Source: a virus (Duplodnaviria > Caudoviricetes). From it: DNA of 62,223 bases. A model generated the notes under the pieces. It did no database searches. It had not been told where the DNA came from and was given only the letters and a program-made list of their open reading frames with translations. The stretch covers positions 1 through 62,223 of the IMG/VR virus record IMGVR_UViG_3300009507_002699; one strand, given 5' to 3'. The translations under genes were made by a program, and so were the position numbers. Shown piece after piece: positions 28,701-36,065 of this stretch; the first letter of the stretch is position 1, and the number at the start of each line of letters is the position of its first letter.

Positions 28701-31558
28701 ATGTAACATCAGTATACAATTTAAAATGGCCAATGAATTTAAATGGTGCAAAAGTTAAAATTTATATTGATGGAGTAGAATTATTAAAGAGTGAATACAC
28801 ATATTTAAATTATGTAGATACTACTAAAGATTATACTAGGAAACGTGGTAGAATTATATTTACTAAACCACCGTTGTTAACTAAAACAGTTAAAATAGAT
28901 TACGAATTAGCACCAGATTTACTTACTGCCCAAGACAGAGTACAAACATACTACACTCCAGTTGATGGTATGGTTGGCAAAGACATTTCGCAACTAATGA
29001 TGGGTGTTGATTTTGGCGGTGTAGAAGTAAAGAGTTTTGATTTTTCTCAAGCAGGAGGCTGGGAAACTAAAGGATTTGGAACTGAAGCATACGACATTTA
29101 TGATGCAACATTTGAGGACATTATTTTTTACTTAGATGGTTCAACAGCAATCCTTACTTGGACAACACCATTAGAAAGCGGAGTTGTATATAACATATAC
29201 AAAAACAATGTAAGACTTGATGATCCAAATTATCCAAATAATCCTACTAACCCTAATGCTGTAATGACAAGTATTGTAGGTGACGGAGCATTAACTGAAT
29301 TTAATATTCAAAACTTTGGAATAACCAGCAAAGACGATGATATATTCATTATAAGAAAAACAACAAGTGACGGAAGTTTCAAACCTGATCCTGCAAGTTA
29401 CGATACTCAACTAACTGGTGGCGCATTATCATATAGTAACGCTAAAGGTATTGATGCAAGTGATATTATTGTAGACGGTGATGGTTTTATAACTCCAATG
29501 ACAACGACTGGTCCTGAAGAATTAGTTCCAGGAAAAATTTCAGACACAGTCGACATCAAAGTTTTCCACAGACCAGATGACGGAACAAGTAATGTACAAA
29601 CACAATTCTTCCAAACAGATGGAGTAACACAGACTTATAGTACTGGTATACATCCACACAACAGCGAAGCAGTTTTTGTAAGTCTTGATAATGTTAGAGT
29701 TAATAATACTGATTATACAATTAACTATGTTAATGATACAATTACATTTAGTACTGCACCATCAACAGGAAAAGTACTAAGCATAGTTACAATGGGAGTA
29801 AGTGGACAGAAAATTTTAGATATCAATAAATTTGTAGCAGACGGAAGTACAAATACATACACTACTAATTTAAAATATCAAACAGGCGTAAGTCATTATG
29901 TTACAATTAACGGTGAAGCAATAAATTCTACACTATCTCAAGATACAAACAAATATTTTGTAATTACATTTGATACAGCACCGCAAGCAGGTCAATTAGT
30001 TGATTATGGATTATTTTATACTACAGCGAAAACGTTTAGTGCAACAAATGTTCAAACATTAACCGGTGACGGATCAACAACTGTATTTGATGTTAATCCA
30101 GCACTAGTTGGCGGATTACCGACTGCACAAAATGCTATTGTCGAAGTAAACAATAATATACTTGATGCAGGGTATAATGTAGACTTTACAATTACAAATG
30201 CGGCAACTAGAGAATATCAAATCCAAGAATGGCAATTTTTAAGTAACAGTATTAGAGGCGAAGATATAGAAGTTTATTTAAATGATGAACTACTTACAAA
30301 AAATATTCAATACAGATGGGATAGTACAAATAATAGCGTAAAACTTTCAGCAGGTATTGGAGCAGTAGGTGACAAGTTAGATGTGTTCTTTAGCATTGAC
30401 GGTCAATATGCATTTGGTTATGTAGGTGTTGGTGCAGATAGTACTACTAAGTTTTTACAAGACAGAAGTAAAATTTACTTTGATACAGCACCAGGATTAG
30501 GTGAAACAATTAGAATTACTTCATTTAGCAATCATGACGTACAGGATTTTGAGAGAATCAAATACAATCTTGTAAATAGAGTTTCACTAGTACCAGGTAC
30601 AACTAATTTTAAAGAATACATTAATTTAAGTAACGGAGTTGTAAAACTTAGACATAAATCAAAAGATTCAGAATATGTTTGGGTAATTGTAAATGGAGTT
30701 AAACTAGCGCCAAATGTTAATTACTATGTAACAGAAGATCAGCAAAATGTAAAAATCTTACAAAAACTAAATGCAAATGATAAGATAGAAATTATACAAT
30801 TTGGTGAAGAGCAATTAACCCATAGATTTGGTTTTAGACAATTTAAAGATATATTGAACCGCGTTCACTACAAGCGATTGGATGATGCGAATAAGTATAA
30901 GTTAGCACAGGACCTTAATTGGTGGGATACTAGAATTGAGTTAGTAGACGCTTCAGAATTACCAGAGCCGGGTAAGAAGAAACAAATACCAGGTGTTGTG
31001 TTTATTAACGGTGAAAGAATTGAGTACTACGTGAAGCAAGGAAATAGTTTACGTCAACTACGTAGAGGTACGTTAGGTACTGGTGTAAACGCATTAATTG
31101 CTTCAGGAACTGAAGTAAGAGATCAAAGTCCAGGTGAAAATGTGCCTTACACAGATCAAACACTTACACAAGTGTTTACAGCAGATGGTACTACAGCATC
31201 ATATGAATTAGACTTTACTCCTACACAGGGTATAAACGAGTTTGAAGTATTTGTTGCTGGAAGCAGACTTCGTAAAAATGCGATAAGTAGTTATCAAGTA
31301 GACACTAAAAATAGTGCAGGAAACTTTGTAACTAGGTTTATTGCACAAGATAGTGCCGAGGGAGACGTAACTTTACCAGTGGAATTCACATTAAGTGGTA
31401 GTACATTGAATTTAGCAGTTACACCAGAGCAAGATCAGAAGGTTACGGTGGTTAGACGTATTGGAAAAACATGGACAAAAGCAGGAGAAAGCCTAGTTGA
31501 TGCAGAAAATGACGTTGCACAGTTTCTTAAGGCAAGAACAACGGGACTACCTAAATAA
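16739..31558 (+). CDS. giant virion structural protein (4939 aa, gp7-position baseplate/fibre scaffold)
   Basis: Follows gp6. LLPKYFRT...KFL N-terminus, FG-GAP-like repeats, aromatic CBM-like modules, GSNYTLPPVVSIEGGGGSGA motif and F-x-[AGT]-D-[GN] repeats. Confidence 0.75.
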   Translation: MAYEDNQNESPLPVDGNKGPFKSSTLLPKYFRTTKNNKFLDATLDQVLQPGTAQKLNGYYGRRTAKSYRNNDNYIGDVSVSREAYQLEPAVISKDLYDNVTFYKDYNDYVNQIKSFGGNVENHDLLNGAEYYSWNPSIDWDKLTNFREYYWMPNGPIAINVAGQSTEVTRTYTVTSIDNGNNLAYVINGDLTQNPTIELYKGQTYTFDVSATDMPFSIRTERSLDANTIYTTGITNANIESGTVTFTVPLNAPTRLYYQNSNNINSGGIIRIAEVDEATAIDVESEILGQKQYTTSKGVELLNGMKLNFVGQVTPEKYATGNWIVEGVGTQINLVNTDELVIALSYAVDKPIEFDGDNFDSLPFGNAASYSATKDYIVVNRNSPDKNAWSRNNKWYHKSVIEKSAEINGQTVNIDQAQRAKRPIIEFVSGLKLFNFGTEKKNDVDLIDTVTKDIFSTVEGSVGFNIDGVDITDGMRILFTAEKDIRATGKIYKVKFIKHNSTVPQIALIEDTDATPQTNEVVLVKKGTSNAGKHYYYDGTSWKVGQLKTKVNQPPMFDMFDSNGISFSNKTTYNTTTFTGNKVFSYKEGTGTADTELGFPLTYRALTNVGDITFDFNLLTEKFTYQETTNVLSVTTDTGFLKTYTSLNAFNYKNGWQKAKNLSQQKVIRQYDIEGPITQLEIDVYKNAGDLNDLNCSVFVNNKHNFDYTISRQDGKAIVVFNKALSAGDTVILKTSSATKKNENGFYEFPINLEHNPNNVNLTTFTLGEVNDHVFSMIEDLKDFNGVFPGNSNLGSLGDINTVGKKFVQHSGPINNPLYHITTKDANVIKALDFAKNEFRTFKRSFLQVAETLGYDGPVKQHVDKILYEVLKNKTTNDPYYFSDMIPFLGNKRLEFTVYDTENNFFSLSQVFDKTKLSNKAVTIYRNGAQLVHGRDYTFNSDGFAVITATKTDGDLIEIYEYESTDGCYVPSTPSKLGLYPSFVPEIITDDTYRTPTKVIVGHDGSKTVAFNDYRDALLLDLERRIYNNIKSEYDIKKLDIHDYIPGAYRKTKFAVDNINKVLLGDFVKWNESLGGLDYTSNTFYELTDSFTYNYSYMSGPNGEPLTGFWRSVYRNAYDTDRPHTHPWEMLGFPEMPTWWTTVYGAAPYTSNNLILWQDLEEGKVAEPNKPAKYLEKYARPGLTKHIPVDESGNLLSPLDSKYANEYINSYTKLGFKFGDHAPTENAWRNSSDYAFSLIKSWLLNQPAKVMSIGWDLSRISKNLAGQFVYSENKRSISLADLVFSNVYGDTTRVYTSGFVDYIINYTLSNSKISTKDYKEQIKSLKYQLGMKLGAFTDKSKMKFVLDSRTPFNKGNVFLPKENYQIFLNTSSPVDTVSYSGVIVEKQSYGYVVRGYDRANPIFKIQPAVPRTNDPAVNIGGVSDPFVEWEEDKKYTKDKFVKYLNKFYRVTTEHTSTVEFDGTKFKKIEDLPVRGGATALFRKNFETTVAEIPYGTIFTEIQEVIDFLLGYAKQLDTAGFTFDFFNKDTNTVEDWKYSAKEFLYWTTQNWAAGTIIALSPSANQIKFSRPYAVVDNLYDNFYDYSLQSSSGEPIEESFTRLTRSGNAFAINLASTANGIYYVQLPLVQVEHVAILDNTSDFKDVIYSPASGYRQDRIKVMGYRTANWDGTLNIPGFVFDQAEVTEWASFKDYAIGDTVRYKEFFYTAKNKIAGGAKFIPAEWNRMEGRPETKLYTNFDYRINQFTDFYDLDSDNFDTEQQKLAQHLTGYQKRQYLENIINDDVSQYKFYQGFIADKGSRNSIDKLFDALASADKESVDFYEEWAVKNNQYGATTNFEEIEWQLDESKFNLTPQPIELVETLPSAPTDLIYRIPNYDVFLKPQDYDTNKIPTKYTNEEYVKTVGYVTGEDVSRAVITKDGILGFSIDDINRNDYIWVATENQTWDVVQHTETALRIESVTPIGNEVTLGFNFTARDISVGDIFGITNANTPTLTTLDGFYKATKVVGNDVTFVTENQDWLEIDETVDVTGTITIFTTQRTATVKDANANVTANLGTNELIWIDDDDNKKWTVLKNSPVYSEHQKIQSSLQLDSTQHGFGHAISVNDANTKMAVGIPFKGNGEVHIYVRPNDSTNFVLDQIIYAPADVADIYDGSTPTTSMNFGESLALSPDGKYLVIGSPQASNTYSFYKGEFQQGTPYTKSQIVQYGPNLYKAIQNIDPATGAIEFDSFDSYVNIVSESDSTFINLLQTGNYKINDSLVNHMLIRAPLDAYEGSTAGDDIVLKWNNYSKLNVQGSATNVQPFDGEFPAIDDAFINGTHNIEYKVDNVLVIENFVNLPQVGDTLSSSIASGTVVYVANSLTTCTVYLSGVNGTFSQAGSVFVGTIRIGDYTEDYVNLTSNLGGYWYINTPTYTTSADSTNTFVDPGHGLIYQDLLTTSSGRSTPNFYYNITDARQQAIDDANSSGATLSLMDQASFAQTLTYEGDPLEVFAVQQSPLWTVRGNKTFTDTLTNGDKFYMTVDSVSGSTNFTDTAMSAALFNKEHTVYDLWDGYIDFTFDEFDQANQLPFEPIVGDTIEDTITGATAEITFYKRQFNTVRIYVKNVTGSWSKGGNYNEAADIFRVRGAIKRNMGRIDGVSLEGTRIGKIIVIEESSNFADATISELNDFEYWFYNKITLAGIPRIANIPASNNNDWQIVTNIPVSNLNGTMSSGLQLEGMFSVYDLDDKIQFKTVNHFTVPERKANAKLGDEIQITQEGNLYRILVASKGAGTQSNAGSIHFIKHGSKTTNGTINTYDWQLDVDPNFRGLFSSSVFYKQNEIVNNGSRLYKAKRNIASGNAFIADDWEAVTDGTAHVGFIPTQGTNRIIGEDVFDPEFGVRDFARQFDQSKDGEVLVVSSRIQGNDSTGERIIVVYRRLPEGQMTVSQTIKPPYQDLSTGSFTGFGDSISISSDGEMIAIGEPYNDDKKKDQGKVYIYTLVNGLFTLTQEIFSPNGEQAEQFGSYLNFDGNQLAVTSLSGDIELPTTFDNITTVFDDEFTNFKSMDMDSGVVFIYERINQSLLFAQEFVIDEPLAVNFGKNLLMQNNHVYSSIPEVTDLNTFQGMIIDFRKTIGSKAWKTHRSPIDQVDITKIKGAFLYNTQTNTLIEDLDFIDPVQGKIAGPAEQELSYKTYYDPAAYSIGNDTVVIDENNAWGAEYAGQLWWDISAVKFYNYQQNNITYQTNYWGEVFPGTSVEVYEWVETDLLPSEWDALADSENGIASGVSGTSRYGDFVYSQRLKWDPISNTSVPKYYYWVANKRVVPTTANRKITAYDVKRLIEDPVGQGHKFVGLMAKDRYVLFNCEQLLSGNNVAFNLRYYTLDNVDQNIHNEYQMLTQGVGSSKPTRDIERKWFDSLIGYDNQFRLVPDPKLSVKAKYGISNNPRQSMFINKSEAYKQVIERVNDVLIKNIIVDEFDISDLTKSDPQPLASSRTYDVKIDSYEDLAFVGVAKRITALLTPTIVNGKITSVQISNSGKGYVDPTYVSTVGGIRLGPQITVTGIGRDAVLESEINELGQITKVNIIDPGLGYDENTTLSVRNFSVLVASDLNVANKWSLYNYNGIKWNRTVSQRFDTNLYWSYADWFATGYSEFTEIDSLIDFSYQLSAIENDIGDTVKISSVGSGGWLLLEKIANLQTEDYTQNYKVIGKQNATIQFSNKLYNTTINKTGFDTDTFDTAFYDNQPVTESRVVLETLRDHILVDNLEVHYNELFLASVRYAFSEQPNIDWAFKTSFIKAQHNVGDLTQKVTFKNDNIDNYQDYINEVKPFKTKIREYVSSYEKTDPTNSVITDFDLPPRYSFSKKKILSSTAKVFNNTISSVPNSTSSYPDKHWLENSGYEIKEISIGNAGSNYTLPPVVSIEGGGGSGAKAKAFLNSGKVSKIEVTAPGNGYVKAPDVILNGSVEDGGTKATARAVLGNGKVRGTHIISRFDRISGQPYYLEVARSEIFTGDNVTSVYNLKWPMNLNGAKVKIYIDGVELLKSEYTYLNYVDTTKDYTRKRGRIIFTKPPLLTKTVKIDYELAPDLLTAQDRVQTYYTPVDGMVGKDISQLMMGVDFGGVEVKSFDFSQAGGWETKGFGTEAYDIYDATFEDIIFYLDGSTAILTWTTPLESGVVYNIYKNNVRLDDPNYPNNPTNPNAVMTSIVGDGALTEFNIQNFGITSKDDDIFIIRKTTSDGSFKPDPASYDTQLTGGALSYSNAKGIDASDIIVDGDGFITPMTTTGPEELVPGKISDTVDIKVFHRPDDGTSNVQTQFFQTDGVTQTYSTGIHPHNSEAVFVSLDNVRVNNTDYTINYVNDTITFSTAPSTGKVLSIVTMGVSGQKILDINKFVADGSTNTYTTNLKYQTGVSHYVTINGEAINSTLSQDTNKYFVITFDTAPQAGQLVDYGLFYTTAKTFSATNVQTLTGDGSTTVFDVNPALVGGLPTAQNAIVEVNNNILDAGYNVDFTITNAATREYQIQEWQFLSNSIRGEDIEVYLNDELLTKNIQYRWDSTNNSVKLSAGIGAVGDKLDVFFSIDGQYAFGYVGVGADSTTKFLQDRSKIYFDTAPGLGETIRITSFSNHDVQDFERIKYNLVNRVSLVPGTTNFKEYINLSNGVVKLRHKSKDSEYVWVIVNGVKLAPNVNYYVTEDQQNVKILQKLNANDKIEIIQFGEEQLTHRFGFRQFKDILNRVHYKRLDDANKYKLAQDLNWWDTRIELVDASELPEPGKKKQIPGVVFINGERIEYYVKQGNSLRQLRRGTLGTGVNALIASGTEVRDQSPGENVPYTDQTLTQVFTADGTTASYELDFTPTQGINEFEVFVAGSRLRKNAISSYQVDTKNSAGNFVTRFIAQDSAEGDVTLPVEFTLSGSTLNLAVTPEQDQKVTVVRRIGKTWTKAGESLVDAENDVAQFLKARTTGLPK

Positions 31559-31561
31559 ATA
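31554..31561 (+). promoter_or_regulatory. putative late promoter (AATAAATA)
   Basis: Overlaps the stop codon of the giant gene, upstream of 31583. Confidence 0.45.
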
Positions 31562-31582
31562 CAGTAGCAGTGAGAGAAAAAC

Positions 31583-32188
31583 ATGACAGATAAACTAAAT
31601 GATAAAAGCGGAGTAGTAGTTAAAGGACATATCAAAATACATGACCCTAAAACAGGCGAAGTGTATGTTGATAAACGTAACGCTATCCACTACGAAAATA
31701 TGAGTATTGCTCTTGCAGAAAGCCTTGCAAATCAAGGTCAAGGGATGATATACGAAATGAGTTTTGGCAACGGCGGAACAAGTGTTGATCCAACAGGTGT
31801 TATTACCTACTTAACTCCAAACAGTACAGGAACTAATGCTAGTTTGTACAATCAAACATTTACAAAAGTAGTAGATGATAGAAGCACAAGCAACACTGAT
31901 CCTGTAAGAAATAAAATTGAAACACGTCATGTTAGTGGAACAAATTACACAGATGTTGTTGTAACTTGTTTGTTAGATTATGGTGAACCAGAAGGCCAAG
32001 ATGCATTTGATACTGCTACAGATACAGATAACCTTTATGTGTTTGATGAACTAGGACTTAAGAGTTATAGCCCATCAGGCTCAGGTAGATTAATTACACA
32101 TGTTATTTTCCACCCTGTACAAAAAAGTTTAAACAGATTAGTTCAAATTGATTATACAGTGCGTGTACAAAGTTTGTCAGGAGTTTAA
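31583..32188 (+). CDS. probable baseplate structural protein
   Basis: 201 aa with KGHIKI, FGNGGT, FDELGL and HVIFHPVQKSLNR motifs. Lies between the giant baseplate gene and the fibre genes. Confidence 0.55.
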   Translation: MTDKLNDKSGVVVKGHIKIHDPKTGEVYVDKRNAIHYENMSIALAESLANQGQGMIYEMSFGNGGTSVDPTGVITYLTPNSTGTNASLYNQTFTKVVDDRSTSNTDPVRNKIETRHVSGTNYTDVVVTCLLDYGEPEGQDAFDTATDTDNLYVFDELGLKSYSPSGSGRLITHVIFHPVQKSLNRLVQIDYTVRVQSLSGV

Positions 32189-32191
32189 TAG

Positions 32192-34216
32192 ATGCCTTAT
32201 ACAATTAATTTCACTGACGTAACAAACAAAGGTAGCGTCACAGTTGAAGATAACGAAATCAACGTATCAACTAGTTTAAGTTTAGTTGGACGTAATACTA
32301 CGAGTTACGGTGTTGAATTTAATCAAAACTTTTTAAAACTTTTAGAAAATTTTGCTAATACTACTTCACCAGCAAATCCAGTTGAAGGACAATTATGGTA
32401 CGATAGTACAGCAGGCGGCGAACAACTTAAAGTATATGATGGAACAACTTGGGTAGCAAGTGGTGGTCTTAAAAAAGCAACTAACCAACCTGATGCCGCA
32501 AGTAGTTTAACAGGCGATCTTTGGGTTGATACAGATAACCAACAGTTATATTTGTATACAGGTTCGGGTTGGACGCTTATTGGTCCTGAGTATGCTGGCG
32601 GATTAAGCACAGGAGTAAGTCCAGCAACTATATTAGGACAAGACAATGTTGAATATACTGCATTGCAAGTTGAGATAAACGCTAAACCGGTTGCAATTAT
32701 TAGTGCTGATACATTTACACCAAGAGCACAAATTAATGGTTTTGGACAAATTAATCCAGGTATTAATTTAAGTACAGCAGATATTACTGGTGACGGAGCC
32801 GCAAGATTTTACGGACCAGCAGAGCAAGCAGAAAATTTAGTTGTTGCGGGAGCAAAAATTCCTGCGGCAAATTTCTTACGTGGTGATGTTGTTAGTACAA
32901 CAACCAACCAGTTAAGAGTAAACACTGACGATGGTATTATCTTAGGAAGTGGTAACCAAGTTACATTAGGAGTTGAAGGACAAATTGGTGTTATTAGTCA
33001 TAACACTAGTGGAGCAAGTTTAGATATTCGTGTAAACGATCAAGGTACTACAAAAACAGTAATGCGTGTTGATTCAACAACAAATGTTGGTATTAATAAT
33101 ACAGCACCAAGTGAAGCATTAGATGTTACTGGTAATATTAAAGTTAGTAATGCAATTACTATTGACGGAACTACAGCAAGTACAAACTTTGGTACAGGTA
33201 GTTTAATTGTAAAAGGCGGTACAGGTATTGCAGGTGATTTAAATATCGGTGGAACAATAAATGTACAAGGTGATACAGAAACTAGAAATATTATTCCAGA
33301 CGTAACAAACTCAAGAAATATCGGATCATTAGCAAACAAATATGCTGGTATCTATGCAACAACTTTTGTAGGTAACTTAACAGGTAATGTCACAGGACAA
33401 GTTAGTGGTAGAGCAGGTAGTGCAGACAAACTTTCAAGTTCTACAAACTTTACTTTAGCAGGAGAAGTTAGTGCGCCAACTATTACATTTGATGGACAAG
33501 CGGGCGGATCTACAAAAACATTTCAAACAACTGTTGCAAACAGTTTTATTAGTAATAAAACATACACTAGCGGCGCTGATGCTAGTGACGAGTTCCTATT
33601 AAACAGAGTACAAGGACAAGTTGGTCTTTATAGAATTAGTAGAAGAGATTTATTATCTACAGTACCAGTTAATCCACCAGGCGTAATGATGCCGTATGCA
33701 GGTACAACAGCACCGACATTTTGGTTACTATGTTACGGACAAGAAGTATTACAAGCAGACTACCCAGAATTATTTGATGTAATTGGTTTTACATACAAAC
33801 AGTCAGGATTATTAAGTGACAACGGTGTAGCAAGATTTGCTCTACCAGACATGCGCGGTAGAACTGCTCAAGGTTTGGATGACATGGGCGGCACAGCGGC
33901 AAACAGAATTACAGGATTGCAGGGCAGTGAACTTGGTAACAGTGGCGGCCAAGAAACAGTAACTATACAAAATACTAACTTACCAAATCACGAACATGAT
34001 TTAATTGTTGAAGGTACACAGTTTTATGCAATACTAGATGCACCAAAAGGTGCTAACAGTCCAGTGTCATCAATTACTTTTGATGCACCAACAGGACAAA
34101 ATGCAGGACAGGCTGTAACAACAAGTGGTGGCGTTGCTGGAACAACTGGACAGGCAATGGAAACATTAAGTCCGTTTATGTCCTTAAATTACATAATTTA
34201 CACAGGGAAAGTTTAA
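32192..34216 (+). CDS. tail fibre protein with C-terminal tail-collar domain (gp12-like)
   Basis: PPGVMMPYAGTTAPTFWLLCYGQ...YPELFDVIG...FALPDMRGR collar motif, LPNHEH and PFMSLNYII. Confidence 0.8.
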   Translation: MPYTINFTDVTNKGSVTVEDNEINVSTSLSLVGRNTTSYGVEFNQNFLKLLENFANTTSPANPVEGQLWYDSTAGGEQLKVYDGTTWVASGGLKKATNQPDAASSLTGDLWVDTDNQQLYLYTGSGWTLIGPEYAGGLSTGVSPATILGQDNVEYTALQVEINAKPVAIISADTFTPRAQINGFGQINPGINLSTADITGDGAARFYGPAEQAENLVVAGAKIPAANFLRGDVVSTTTNQLRVNTDDGIILGSGNQVTLGVEGQIGVISHNTSGASLDIRVNDQGTTKTVMRVDSTTNVGINNTAPSEALDVTGNIKVSNAITIDGTTASTNFGTGSLIVKGGTGIAGDLNIGGTINVQGDTETRNIIPDVTNSRNIGSLANKYAGIYATTFVGNLTGNVTGQVSGRAGSADKLSSSTNFTLAGEVSAPTITFDGQAGGSTKTFQTTVANSFISNKTYTSGADASDEFLLNRVQGQVGLYRISRRDLLSTVPVNPPGVMMPYAGTTAPTFWLLCYGQEVLQADYPELFDVIGFTYKQSGLLSDNGVARFALPDMRGRTAQGLDDMGGTAANRITGLQGSELGNSGGQETVTIQNTNLPNHEHDLIVEGTQFYAILDAPKGANSPVSSITFDAPTGQNAGQAVTTSGGVAGTTGQAMETLSPFMSLNYIIYTGKV

Positions 34217-36033
34217 TGGCATATAAACTAAACAAAACGGATGGCACATTATTAGTAGACTTAATTGACGGTACTATTGACGTTAATAGTACATCTATTA
34301 CATTAGTAGGAAGAAATTATACAGGATACGGCGAAGCGTTTAATGAAAACTTTATTAAGTTATTAGAAAATTTTAGTAACGCTAACTCTCCAGTTAATCC
34401 AATAAAAGGACAACTTTGGTGGGATACAAGTGAAGCACGTTTAAAAGTTTATGAAGGAACAGTATTTAAAGCGGTTGGTGGACCATTTGTACAAAAAACT
34501 CAACCTAATATGGTTGCTGGTGATTTATGGATGGATAATGTCAATAATCAACTTTACTTTTTTGACGGCACTGATTTAAGTTTAGCAGGACCTATTTACA
34601 AAGCAGGTCAAGGTGAAACAGGATTTAGAATTGAAAGTGTACTTGATACACAAGACAGAAGTAGAACACTTGCTAGTTTATATTTAGGTAACGGCACAGA
34701 CGGAACTACATCAAGAGCCGCAGTAATTAGTAATGTAGAATTTACTCCAGCAGTAGGATATGCAATTACAGGTATTACTGGTAATGTTAAAAAAGGTATT
34801 AACATTATTGATAAAACAAACTTCCTTTTTGAAGGAACAGCAGATGCGGCAAAATCATTAATTAAAGCAGATGGCACTAAAGTCGGAGCAGATAACTTTG
34901 TAAGTGCAACATCAGATAACGTTGTTACAGGCTCATTAACAGTTAGTAACTCTGCAGGTGTTACAATTGGTCCAAACGCTAACCAAGTGTTAAGTATTTT
35001 AGGTAACTCATTCGTTACTGCTAACCAACAGTTAGATGAAAATTATATAATTAAAGTTACAAGTACAGGTGCAGGATCACAACAAGTAGATGCAGTGTTT
35101 ATTGATGCGGCAAACCAGCGTGTTGGTATTTTTGATAATACTCCAGAATATACTTTAGATGTTACAGGAGATATCCGTGTAACAGGAAATTTAATAGTTG
35201 AAGGCTCAAGTGCAAGTATTGATGTTAGTACACTAAGAGTTGAAGATAAACAAATTGAACTTGCTATTACAAGTGACAGTACACTATTAACAGATTCGGG
35301 TGTTGACGATGCTGGTATGGTTGTAAGAGTAACTGGTGCAGATAAAAAATGGACTTGGATTCAAGCAACAAACAGTTGGACAACAACAGAAAATATTAAT
35401 GTAACTACTGGTAATGAATATAAAATTGCAGGAACATCAGTTCTAAATGCAACAACATTAGGAAGTAGCGTTACAGCATCAAGTCTTACAAGTGTAGGAA
35501 CTTTAACAGCATTAGATGTTGATAACATTAACTTAAATGGAAGCACCATTACAGGCACTAGTGGATTAACAATTAATTCAAATGGTGATCTTAATGTATC
35601 TAATCAAAAAATTACTTCTATGGCATTACCGACGCAAGATACAGATGCGGCAAGCAAAGTTTATGTTGACCAAGCAATTTCAGGTGCGGCTATTTCATTT
35701 AGTATGGATGTTACTGGATTAAATGATACACAAATTGGATTAGTGCTAAACGACTTAGTTCCAGCAGGTAATGTTGCTAACGGTACAACTGCACGTATTC
35801 ACTGTACAACACTTGGCGGCGCAAGCGTTACAGGTATTGATATTGGGGCAGTAACAACTAAATCATTCATTGCGGTAGATGCCGCAGGAGTACAAAATGA
35901 ATCAGTATTGCAAGATATTGGATTTACAAATGCAACAGGTACAGTTACAGTTAGTGTAACTAGATCGTTGAAAGAATACGTCACATCGGGTGGAAGTTGG
36001 GCATTTAGTCAAAACTTATCATCTAGTGTGTAA
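34216..36033 (+). CDS. tail fibre / structural protein
   Basis: Shares the LVGRNY...NENFIKLLENF...GQLWWD N-terminal domain with its neighbours. PTQDTDAASKVYVD fibre motif. Confidence 0.7.
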   Translation: MAYKLNKTDGTLLVDLIDGTIDVNSTSITLVGRNYTGYGEAFNENFIKLLENFSNANSPVNPIKGQLWWDTSEARLKVYEGTVFKAVGGPFVQKTQPNMVAGDLWMDNVNNQLYFFDGTDLSLAGPIYKAGQGETGFRIESVLDTQDRSRTLASLYLGNGTDGTTSRAAVISNVEFTPAVGYAITGITGNVKKGINIIDKTNFLFEGTADAAKSLIKADGTKVGADNFVSATSDNVVTGSLTVSNSAGVTIGPNANQVLSILGNSFVTANQQLDENYIIKVTSTGAGSQQVDAVFIDAANQRVGIFDNTPEYTLDVTGDIRVTGNLIVEGSSASIDVSTLRVEDKQIELAITSDSTLLTDSGVDDAGMVVRVTGADKKWTWIQATNSWTTTENINVTTGNEYKIAGTSVLNATTLGSSVTASSLTSVGTLTALDVDNINLNGSTITGTSGLTINSNGDLNVSNQKITSMALPTQDTDAASKVYVDQAISGAAISFSMDVTGLNDTQIGLVLNDLVPAGNVANGTTARIHCTTLGGASVTGIDIGAVTTKSFIAVDAAGVQNESVLQDIGFTNATGTVTVSVTRSLKEYVTSGGSWAFSQNLSSSV

Positions 36034-36041
36034 GATAAATA
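36034..36041 (+). promoter_or_regulatory. putative late promoter (GATAAATA)
   Basis: Intergenic, one mismatch to TATAAATA. Confidence 0.5.
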
Positions 36042-36065
36042 TAGTTATAATTAAAGGGTTGAAAC

